A stretch of 64,000 nucleotides of DNA from Macrostomum lignano (lineage: Eukaryota): NCBI GenBank assembly GCA_002269645.1, contig NIVC01003115.1:1-64000 (forward strand), given 5' to 3'. Positions 36,126 to 47,243 of this stretch are shown here, piece after piece. The notes under the pieces were generated by a model. That model saw only the letters and a program-made list of their open reading frames with translations. It was not told where the DNA came from and did not search any database. A program made the position numbers and the translations under genes. How positions within the stretch are numbered: the stretch's first letter is position 1; each line of letters opens with the position of its first letter.

Positions 36126-38456
36126 ATGAGCAAAATATTTTGTAAAGAGGCTGTGCTGCTGCTGGCGCTTCGTCTTGTCAGCCGATTGGTTCTGGCGAAC
36201 TCTGTGACTACAGAAGGAACAGCAGGTGAGATAGGGTTCTTCAATTTTTAAAGACTGTCACTGGTTTATACATTGTTATTAGAGTGACATTGGTATCCGT
36301 AGTGTGATACAATGCTACCAGAGTGACATGACGCTACCAAGAGTGACACAATGCTACCAAGAGTGACATGACGCTACCAAGAGTGACACAATGCTACCAA
36401 GAGTGACATGATGCTACCAAGAGTGACATGATGCTACCAAGAGTGACACAATGCTACCAGAGTGACATGATACTACCAAGAGTGACACAATGCTACCAAG
36501 AGTGACATGATGCTACCAAGAGTGACACAATGCTACCAGAGTGACATGATGCTACCAAGAGTGACATGATGCTACCAAGAGTGACATGATGCTACCAAGA
36601 GTGACATGATGCTACCAAGAGTGACATGATGCTACCAAGAGTGACACAATGCTACCAAGAGTGACATGATGCTACCAAGAGTGACATGATGCTACCAAGA
36701 GTGACATGATGCTACCAAGAGTGACATGATGCTACCAAGAGTGACACAATGCTACCAAGAGTGACATGATGCTACCAAGAGTGACATGATGCTACCAAGA
36801 GTGACCTGATGCTACCAAGAGTGACATGATGCTACCAAAAGTGACACAATGCTACCAGAGTGACATGATACTACCAAGAGTGACATGATGCTACCAAGAG
36901 TGACACAATGCTACCAGAGTGACATGATACTACCAAGAGTGACATGATGCTACCAAGAGTGACATGATGCTACCAAGAGTGACCTGATGCTACCAAGAGT
37001 GACATGATGCTACCAAAAGTGACACAATGCTACCAGAGTGACATGATACTACCAAGAGTGACATGATGCTACCAAGAGTGACACAATGCTACCAGAGTGA
37101 CATGATACTACCAAGAGTGACATGATGCTACCAAGAGTGACATGATGCTACCAAGAGTGACATGATGCTACCAAGAGTGACATGACGCTACCAAGAGTGA
37201 CAAGATACTACCAAGAGTGACATGATGCTACCAAGAGTGACATGATGCTACCAAGAGTGACATGACGCTACCAAGAGTGACAAGATACTACCAAGAGTGA
37301 CATGATGCTACCAAGAGTGACACAATGCTTCCAGAATGACATGATACTACCAAGAGTGACATGATGCTACCAAGAGTGACATGATGCTACCAAGAGTGAC
37401 ATGATGCTACCAAGAGTGACATGATGCTACCAAGAGTGACATGATGCTACCAAGAGTGACATGATGCTACCAAGAGTGACATGATGCTACCAAGAGTGAC
37501 ATGATGCTACCAAGAGTGACATGATGCTACCAAGAGTGACATGATGCTACCAAGAGTGACATGATGCTACCAAGAGTGACATGATGCTACCAAGAGTGAC
37601 ATGGTGCTATCAAGAGTGACATTGTTCTTCATCAATTCCAGCAGCTCCAGCCGGCTGCGGTCGCCCCGACACTCAGCCGGACATCCGCGGCGCCGGCGCT
37701 CCCAACGTCATCGCCGAGGCGGCGCCGCACAGCTGGCCCTGGGTGGCGTCGTTGCGACTGCGCGGCCATCACAGGTGCAGCGGCGCCATCCTCAGCTCCG
37801 ACTGGGTGCTCACCTCGGCCAGGTGCGCCGATCTCAGCCCGACGCCGGCAGACTGGCGAGTCGACGCCGGCCGGCACTGCCGCGACTGCCCGCCGGAGCA
37901 GGGCGAAGCTGGCTCGCTGCTGCAGCGGCGCCGAGTGGCGAGGATCGCCCGCCACCCCGGCTACAACTCCAGCAGCGGCCGCGACGACCTCGCCCTGCTG
38001 CGACTCGACTGGCCTCTGGAGTTCGGCGGCTCGCGCGTGGCCCCGGCCTGCCTGTCAGCAGGCAGCGCCGATGCCGACGCCCAGCTGGACGGCGCCGCCT
38101 GCTTCGCCACCGCCTGGGGCGACCTCAGCAGCAGCGGCGTCGGCGACTCGCCACGACTCCAGCAGGTGCTGCTGCCGATCGTGCCGAATTGGCTTTGCAG
38201 CAACCAGCTTCAACACGGCGACGTCGTCACGGACGCTTCGATATGCGCCGGCTGGGGCCAGGCGGGCAGTCCGCGGTGCCAGGGAGACGGCGGCCAGCCG
38301 CTGGTCTGCTGGCGCCCGGCCCTGCGGCTCTGGCAGCTGCTGGGAGTCAACAGCTGGACTGACCTGTGCACCAGGTCCCCCAGGCCAGGCCTGTTCACCA
38401 GGGTGTCCGCGCACCTGGACTGGGTCCGGCGGGTCCAGGCCGGGGAAGAGGCCTGA
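36126..38456 (+). CDS. Secreted S1 (trypsin-fold) serine protease homologue, catalytically dead
   Basis: Exon 1 36126-36225 (signal peptide MSKIFCKEAVLLLALRLVSRLVLA, phase 1); exon 2 37642-38456. Has CG..., HSWPW, RCSGAIL..WVLTSARC (His->Arg), DDLALL, PACL, ICAG, CQGDGGQPL (Ser->Gly) and PGLFTRVS..LDW. Confidence 0.9.
36310..37620. repeat. Intronic 20-bp minisatellite (GAGTGACATGATGCTACCAA), ~65 copies
   Basis: Fills almost the whole intron of protease gene 1. Confidence 0.95.
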
Positions 38457-38554
38457 GCTCCGATAAGAGTACAGCTGGAACTCTTGGCTGCTGTCTGGGG
38501 CGCCACCATGAATCACAGGGGGAGTCACTGTAGGGGATTTATCAGTGAAATCAA

Positions 38555-39215
38555 TAGTGGCGCCAAAATGATTCTCTAGAGGCGCCAAAATTAATCTCTA
38601 GAGGCGCCAAAATGAATTTCTAGGGGGGCCAAAATGAATCTCTAGAGGCGCCAATAATTTTCTAGGGGCGCCAAAATGAACTCTAGAGGCGCCAATGATT
38701 CTCCAGTGGCGCCAAAATAATCTTTGGGGCGCCAAAATGATTCTCTGGGGGCGCAAAACTGAATCTCTAGGGGACAAACTGAATCTCTAGAGTCGCCAAT
38801 GATTCTCTAGAGGCGCCAAATTGAATCTCTAGGTGCGCCAAAATGAATCTCTAGAGTCGCCAATGATTCTCTAGAGGCGCCAAATTGAATCTCTAGAGGC
38901 GCCAAATTGAATCTCTAGAGGCGCCAAAATGAATTTCTAGGGGTGCCAAACTGAATCTCTAGTGGCGCCAAACTGAATGTCTAGGGGCGCCAAAATGAAT
39001 CTCTAGGTGCGCCAAAATGAATCTCTAGGGGCGCCAAATTGAATCTCTAGAGGCGCCAAAATGAATTTCTAGGGGCGCCAAACTGAATCTCTAGTGGCGC
39101 CAAACTGAATGTCTAGGGGCGCCAAACTGAATCTCTAGTGGCGCCAAACTGAATGTCTAGGGGCGCCAAAATGAATCTCAAGGTGCGCCAAAATGAATCT
39201 CTAGGGGCGCCAAAA
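38555..39215. repeat. Intergenic ~21-22-bp repeat (GGCGCCAAAATGAATCTCTAGA)
   Basis: ~30 variant copies between the two protease genes. Confidence 0.9.
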
Positions 39216-39488
39216 AATCCCAATTAATATCGTGGCACCTGCAGGCGGTTCTATCCTGCTCAGTGAACCTGACGCAAAACACGACGCAAAATTCAGTTTT
39301 AATTGGCTCTGAGAGCCCTCTGTGCCTTCATTATATAACGTAATTATTAATTGACTGCACGATTGCTCTGACTTGGTGCCAGGTGATTTGCGAGGCTGCT
39401 GACCCAACAACATATTTAATGCTAAAGCTGTGAATTCAGCAGATTTTCAAACTTTGAGCAATTTATTTTGCCACTTCTTGAGCAAGCG

Positions 39489-41364
39489 ATGCGGCTGAAT
39501 AAGTTTCTGTTATTCTGCTTTGCTGCAGCAGCAACTGTAGGACTGCTGCTTCAGCTGCTGGGCCGCCAGACCGCCGTGATGATAAGACCGAGGGCAAAAG
39601 TCATGCCAGGTAAGATAATAATATGGGATGAGTTGATATAGAATAGATTTGGAATGAATGGAGAGTAGAAAAAATATATGAGAGAATAGGGAAGGAGATA
39701 TGAGGGTGGGCAGGGAGATGTGAGAGTAGGCAGGGAGATATGAGAGTGAGTAGGGAGATATGAGAGTGGGCAGGGAGATATGAGAGTGGGCAGGGAGATA
39801 TGAGAGTGGGCAGGGAGATATGAGAGTGGGCAGGGAGATATGAGAGTGGGCAGGCAGATATGAGAGTGAGTAGGGAGATATGAGAGTGAGCAGGGAGATA
39901 TGAGAGTGGGCAGGGAGATATGAGAGTGGGCAGGGAGATATGAGAGTGGGCAGGGAGATATGAGAGTGGGAAGGGAGATATGAGAGTGGGCAGGGAGATA
40001 TGAGAGTGGGCAGGGAGATATGAGAGTGGGCAGGGAGATATGAGAGTGGGAAGGGAGATATGAGAGTGGGAAGGGAGATATGAGAGTGAGCAGGGAGATA
40101 TGAGAGTGGGCAGGGAGATATGAGAGTGAGTAGGGAGATATGAGAGTGGGCAGGGAGATATGAGAGTGGGCAGGGAGATATGAGAGTGGGCAGGGAGATA
40201 TGAGAGTGGGCAGGGAGATATGAGAGTGAGCAGGAAGATATGAGAGTCAGGGAGATATGAGAGTGGGCAGGGAGATATGAGAGTGGGCAGGGAGATATGA
40301 GAGTGGGCAGGGAGATATGAGAGTGGGAAGGGAGATATGAGAGTGGGCAGGGAGATGAGAGTGGGCAGGGAGATATGAGAGTGGGCAGGGAGATATGAGA
40401 GTGGGCAGGGAGATATGAGAGTGAGCAGGAAGATATGAGAGTCAGGGAGATATGAGTTAGTATAGGAAAAGCCAAGTAGAAGATAATGTGAAATGCGATT
40501 AGGAGAGGCGGCAGAACATGCATGCAGCCAGTTAGATAAGTTCCCCATCTTCATATTCACTTAAAACCCCCCAAATCTGAAGAATCCGACTCCGCAGCGG
40601 CAAAGGCGGATGTGGCGGTCGCGGACTCGACTCCCGCATTGCCCAAGCGCAGCAGAGAGGCGGCGCCGCACAGCTGGCCCTGGATGGCGTCGCTAAGGGA
40701 CTCCAGCGACCGACACCACTGCGGAGGCTCCGTCATCACCGAGCGCTGGGTGCTGACCGCGGCGCACTGCTTCAACGAGTCGGAGGACCCAACCATGTGG
40801 TCCGTCGACGCCGGGCGCCACTGCCACAACTGCTCAGAGCCAGCGGTGCAGCGGCGGGCGCTGGCCGAGGTGGTCATTCACCCCGCCTACAATGCCAGCA
40901 CCCTCGAGGCCGACCTCGCCCTGCTGCTGCTGGAGTCGCCGCTGGATTTCAGCGGCTCGGCCGTGGCGCCGGCGACTTTGGCAGCCTCGGCCGCTTCGGG
41001 GGACTCCGTCTGCACCGTCACCGGCTGGGGACTGCCGCGAATGGACGCGTCGGAGGCTGAGCAGCCGATCAGCCTGCAGGAGGTGGCGGTGCCCATCGTG
41101 CCGGCCTCCGTGTGCAGCGACGAGGATCACTATGGCGACGCTGTGGACTCCGGCAGCGTGCTGTGCGCCGGCTACGAGCTGGGCGGCGGCGACGCCTGCA
41201 AGGGCTACTCGGGCGGCCCGCTGGTCTGCCGCGACGGCGGCGCCTCCTGGCTGCTGCACGGCGTCACCAGCTGGGGCGACGGCTGCGCCTTGCCGCGCAA
41301 GCCGACGGTGTACATCCGGGTCGAGGCCTTCATTGACTGGATTCGGCAGACTGTGTCCGGCTGA
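39489..41364 (+). CDS. Secreted/anchored S1 trypsin-like serine protease with intact triad but atypical activation motifs
   Basis: Exon 1 39489-39609 (MRLNKFLLFCFAAAATVGLLLQLLG..., phase 1, CAG|GTAAGA); exon 2 from ~40583 (alternative 40541) to 41364. Has HSWPW, HCGGSVI..WVLTAAHC, DLALL, DACKGYSGGPL, GVTSWGDGC and KPTVYIRV..FIDWI. Confidence 0.9.
39690..40455. repeat. Intronic 20-bp minisatellite (GGGAGATATGAGAGTGGGCA), ~38 copies
   Basis: Fills the intron of protease gene 2. Confidence 0.95.
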
Positions 41365-42064
41365 TCCCCTGGACTGGAATCATTTGACCCCGACAGGCGG
41401 ATGACTGTTGGTTGACTGTTGATTGATTGACTGATTGATTGATTGATTGTTTGATTGATTGATTGAATGATGTGATTGAATAATTGATTAATAAATTGAT
41501 TTCTTGATTGCTAAGTTAATTAAATATACAATAAATGGGATACTTGCGTAAATTGATGTATAATAAACCCATCGAACAATTTTAGGTTCACAAATATATG
41601 AACTAAAAAACCAAAATTTCGAAAAGCTACAAATTATAAAAGATAAACCGCTCAATGTGCTCCATGTGTATTATACAGACTTCATAGGTATAAATAAATA
41701 TAGACTCGTAGAAGACGGAAAAAGTGTTGGCGTGCCAGCAATAACGGTGAGCTGCATATGCAGTGAAGCAAAGTCTGCATACAGATTGATTGCAGAGAGT
41801 GCATCGATATAGCTAACTAGCGATTGCTTTGAGCAGTGACTGCTCAAAAATAAAAAAAATATACGGAACCCAGATAGCAGGAGCTCGAGAAAAAATTAAT
41901 ATTTGCTTAAGCTTTAGTGAACACTCCAGTGTCAGATCTGCAGTCCCCAAACAGACTTTTGGTCACACAGTGCGACATGTCAGAATTAATAAGCCGATGC
42001 GTATGAGACAGAGAATGAGTGAGTCATATAGTCGTAGAAGTGATCATAAAGTATAATTGTAAAA

Positions 42065-42630
42065 AGAGTCATACAGTGGAGTCATACAGTGGAGTCATCT
42101 AATGGGACATATAGTGGGTCATAGAGTTGGTCATAGAGTGGGCCTTAGAGTGGAGTCATAGAGTGGGTCATAGAGAGGAGTCATACATGTACAGTGGATC
42201 ATAGAGTGGGTCATAGAGTTGGTCATAGAGTCGGCTATATAGTGGAGTTATAGAGTGGGTCATAGAGAGGGTTACATAGTGGGTCATGCCGTGTAGTCAT
42301 ACATTGAAGTCACAGAGTGGGTGATAAAGTGGGTCATAAAGTGGAGTCATAGAGTGGAGTCATCTAATGGGTCATAGAGAGGAGTCATACATGTAGAGTG
42401 GGTCATAGAGGGGAGCTATAGAGTGGGTCATAGAGACGGTTACAGAGTGGGTCATAGAGACGGTTACAGAGTGGGTCATAGAGACGGTTACAGAGTGGGT
42501 CATAGAGACGGTTACAGAGTGGGTCATAGAGACGGTTACAGAGTGGGTCATAGAGACGGTTACAGAGTGGGTCATACAGTGGAGTCCCAGAGTGGGTCAT
42601 ACAGTGGAGTCCCAGAGTGGGTCATAAAGT
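42065..42630. repeat. 12/24-bp repeat (TAGAGTGGGTCA; GAGTGGGTCATAGAGACGGTTACA) downstream of the SLC24 stop
   Basis: Degenerate 12-mers with a perfect 24-bp block at ~42420-42575. Confidence 0.85.
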
Positions 42631-42650
42631 GAGAGCAAATGTACTTTAAA

Positions 42651-45600
42651 TCAATGCCGACTCCTCGGACAGGCCGGCGGGTTCATCTTGGCGAAGACGT
42701 TTGTCTCGAACAGGATTGACACAGTGATGAAGACGCAGTAGAGCAGCAGGCAGACCAGGCCCAGCCTCCGGTCCAGCCTCATCTTGTTAAGGTACACGGA
42801 CAGGAACAGGAACAGCACTGTGGACAGAAGCGTCACAGACGAGTAGGTGAGCCCGGCCGAGTTGATCTTCACGAAGCTGCCGGGGCTCTTCAAGCCGGTG
42901 CTGACCAGCCAGGGCAGGCCGAGCCCCATCAGGATGTCGAACACGTTGCTGCCCACGCTGTTCGAGACGGCCATGTCGCCGAAGCCTGCGGCAGCGGGGA
43001 GGGCGTTGCCGATCGATCCTTGGCATTCAGCCATGGCTGTCTATGCTCACCGCCTCTGCTCACCGCCTCTGCTCACCGCCTCTGCTCACCGCCTCTGCTC
43101 ACCGCCTCTGCTCACCGCCCCTCTGCTCACCGCCCCTCTGCTCACCGCCTCTGCTCACTGCCCTTTGCTCACCGCCTCTGCTCACCGCCTCTGCTCACCG
43201 CCTCTGCTCACCGCCCCTCTGCTCACCGCCTCTGCTCACCGCCTCTGCTCACTGCCTCTGCTCACCGCCTCTCTGCTCACCGCCTCTGCTCACCGCCTCT
43301 GCTCACTGCCTCTGCTCACTGCCTCTGCTCACCGCCCCTCTGCTCACCGCCCCTCTGCTCACCGCCCCTCTGCTCACCGCCTCTGCTCACCGCCTCTGCT
43401 CACCGCCTCTGCTCACCGCCTCTGCTCACCGCTTCTGCTCACTGCCTCTGCTCACCGCCACTGTTCACTGCCTCTGCTCACCGCCTCTGCTCACCGCCTC
43501 TGCTCACCGCCCCTCTGCTCACCGCCTCTGCTCACCGCCTCTGCTCACCGCCCCTCTGCTCACCGCCTCTGCTCACTGCCCTTTGCTCACCGCCTCTGCT
43601 CACCGCCTCTGCTCACCGCCACTGTTCACTGCCTCTGCTCACTGCCCTCTGCTCACTGCCTTTTGCTCACCGCCTCTGCTCACTGCCTCTGCTCACTGCC
43701 TCTGCTCACCGCCTCTGCTCACTGCCTCTGCTCACTGCCCTTTGCTCACCGCCCTCTGCTCACTGCCCTTTGCTCACCGCCTCTGCTCACTGCCTCTGCT
43801 CACCGCCTCTGCTCACCGCCACTGCTCACCGCCTCTGCTCACCGCCCCTCTGCTCACTGCCTCTGCTCACTGCCCTTTGCTCATCGCCTCTGCTCACCGC
43901 CTCTGCTCACCGCCTCTGCTCACTGCCTCTGCTCACCGCCTCTGCTCACCGCCTCTAAATACAAGCTGAAAAGCAATAAAAGCCGAAAAACTCACCGTCC
44001 CTAGCTACAAAGATGCTGGACAGAGCGTCCGGCACGGAGGTGCCAGCAGCCAGCAGCGTCAGCCCCATCACCGTGTCGGGAATGCCCAGCGTGTCGCCTA
44101 ATTGTTGTAAAAAAAGCGGAGAAGAAAGTAACCATGTCCGAATTCAACTACTGCAAGTAGAAATGACGATTTTTAAAGCAAAATAGTTTCAATTTTCATA
44201 CCAACAGCGCAGACCATCCACACCAGCAGGTAGCTCATCCCCGCTATCCACAGGATGCTGTTCAGTAGGGTGATGAAGAAGATTTTGCGCCACCTACCGC
44301 CGGGCCGACGGCAGTCCGGGATGCTGAGCGCGAACACCAGGTGCCACGGCAGCATCAGCGCCCAGTAGATCCGCTTGCCGCGCGACTTCGGCATGGAGAG
44401 CGGCGACTCGTACGGCTCAGCTGGGGTGGCGGATTTAAGTTGGGGAAATTAATCACCTGTTCCCCTCCTCACACCTGTTCCCCTCCTCACCTGTTCTCCT
44501 CCTCACCTGTTCCCCTCCTCAATTGTTCACCTGTTCCCCTCCTCACCTGTTCCCCTTCTCACCTGTTCCCCTTCTCACCTGTTCCCCTTCTCACCTGTTC
44601 CCCTTCTCACCTGTTCCCCTCCTCACCTGTTCCCCTCCTCACCTGTTCCCCTCCTCACCTGTTCCTCTCCTCACCTGTTCCCATCCTCACACCTGTTCCC
44701 CTCCTCACCTGTTCCCCTCCTCACCTGTTCCCCTTCTCACCTGTTCCCCTCCTCACCTATTCCCCTTCTCACCTGTTCCCCTCCTCACCTGTTCCCCTTC
44801 TCACCTGTTCCCCTCCTCACCTGTTCCTCTCCTCACCTGTTCCCCTCCTCACCTGTTCCTCTCCTCACCTGTTCCCCTTCTCACCTGTTCTCCTCCTCAC
44901 CTGTTCCCCTCCTCAATTGTTCTCCTTCTCACCTGTTCCCCTTCTCACCTGTTCCCCTCCTCACCTGTTCCTCTCCTCACCTGTTCCCCTCCTCACCTGT
45001 TCCCCTCCTCACCTGTTCCTCTCCTCACCTGTTCCCCTCCTCACCTGTTCCCCTCCTCACCTGTTCCTCTCCTCACCTGTTCCCCTCCTCACCTGTTCCC
45101 CTCCTCACCTGTTCCCCTTCTCACCTGTTCCCCTCCTCACCTGTTCCCCTCCTCACCTGTTCCCCTTCTCACCTGTTCTCCTCCTCACCTGTTCCCCTCC
45201 TCAATTGTTCACCTGTTCCCCTCCTCACATGTTCCCCTTCTCACCTGTTCCCCTTCTCACCTGTTCCCCTCCTCACCTGTTCCCCTCCTCATTTGCTCCC
45301 CTCCTCACCTGTTCCCCTCCTCACCTGTTCCCCTCCTCACCTGTTCCCCTCCTCACCTGCTCCCCTCCTCATTTGTTCCCCTCCTAACCTGTTCCCCTCC
45401 TTACCTGTTCCCTTCTCCCTGTTCTCCTCCTCACCTGTTCCCTCCTCATTTGTTCCCCTCCTCATTTGTTCCCCTCCTCACCTGTTCCCCTCTTCATTTG
45501 TTCCCCTCCTCACCTGTTCCCCTCCTCACCTGTTCCCCTCCTCACCTGCTCCCCTCCTCATTTGTTCCCCTCCTCACCTGTTCTCCTCCTTACCTGTTCC

Positions 45601-47158
45601 CTTCTCCCTGTTCTCCTCCTCACCTGTTCACCTGTTCCCCCAGCTCCTAGTCCATCAGTTCCGGTCAGAAGGTGACTCACCCTGGACCTCAACAGTCTGA
45701 GGCGATTCGTCCGTCTCGCCCAGGTCGGACGCGGACCTCTGCAACTGTAGCTCTGCGTCGAACATCATCTGATTGACCGCCAGCCTGCGGCCGCTCTCCG
45801 AGAGGTCGTCAGCGGCGTCCAGGGCTGGGTTGTGAAATTCTGCGTGCGGGCCAGGGATTGCCAGTTTATTGGCAACTGATTGAGTGGCTCTTCGAAGGAT
45901 TATCGGTGATTAGAGATTGGATGCGACTGAAGAGAAAACGGAGCATTGAGGGGATGTAAAATTTAGCGATATGAAATATTGGAAGGACGCACATGGGCAT
46001 ACAAGCGCTCGTGTGGTTTTAGGAAGATGTGGGATTCTGGGAAGATGTGGGATTCTGGGAAGATGTGGGATTCTGGGAAGATGTGGGATTCTGGGAAGAT
46101 GTGGGATTCTGGGAAGATGTGGGATTCTGGGAAGATGTGGGATTCTGGGAAGATGTGGGATTCTGGGAAGATGTGGGATTCTGGGAAGATGTGGGATTCT
46201 GGGAAGATGTGGGATTCTGGGAAGATGTGGGATTCTGGGAAGATGTGGGATTCTGGGAAGATGTGGGATTCTGGGAAGATGTGGGATTCTGGGAAGATGT
46301 GGGATTCTGGGAAGATGTGGGATTCTGGGAAGATGTGGGATTCTGGGAAGATGTGGGATTCTGGGAAGATGTGGGATTCTGGGAAGATGTGGGATTCTGG
46401 GAAGATGTGGGATTCTGGGAAGATGTGAGATTTGGAAGATGTGAGATTTGGAAGATGTGAGATTTGGAAGATGTGGAATTCTACGAAGATTTGGGATTCT
46501 GGGAAGATGTAGGATTCTGGGAAGATGTAGAATTCTGGGAAGATGTAGAACTCTGGGAAGATGTAGGATTTGTGGAGAGTTGGGATTTTAGGAAGATGTG
46601 GGATTTGAGAGGATGTGGAATTCGAGATGATGCTAACTTGGTTTAGTTTCACGGCTCACCCATGGGCACTCCGGTCTCCCTGACCGTCGCGCCCGCCGCC
46701 GCCGCCGCCTCCGCATCAGCCTGGGCCAATCGCTGGCTCCCACCGGTGGCCAGGGCGGGGAATCTGGCGGCAATCGAGCTGTCAATCCTCTCATTCAAGT
46801 ACATGATGGCGATGTAGCCGCAGTACATCACGAGAAAGATCAGAGCTTCGTACCTGAGGCAGCGGGTATTGTTCAAATTAAAAAACTAACTAGACAGCAC
46901 TACTAACAGTAGGTCGCCTAGGATATTGTCCAGGACAAATAGCGATAATAATCCAGTGTCAGGTGGTCTCGTACATTCTTTCTGGAACGTGAGGCTGCTT
47001 ACCAGTGAACCTCCTCGTTGTAAATCACCAGAATGAGGCTAATCACACTGAGGCTGTAATAGGAGCAGTCTCTGAACATCGGCCACCAGGACAGGTAGAT
47101 GGCCTGGGATTGGTTATGCCATGACTTGGGGTCAGCTTTGATGCTTGAGTTGATATCT

Positions 47159-47192
<34 letters not shown>

Positions 47193-47204
47193 GGACAGAC
47201 ACTA

Positions 47205-47243
<39 letters not shown>

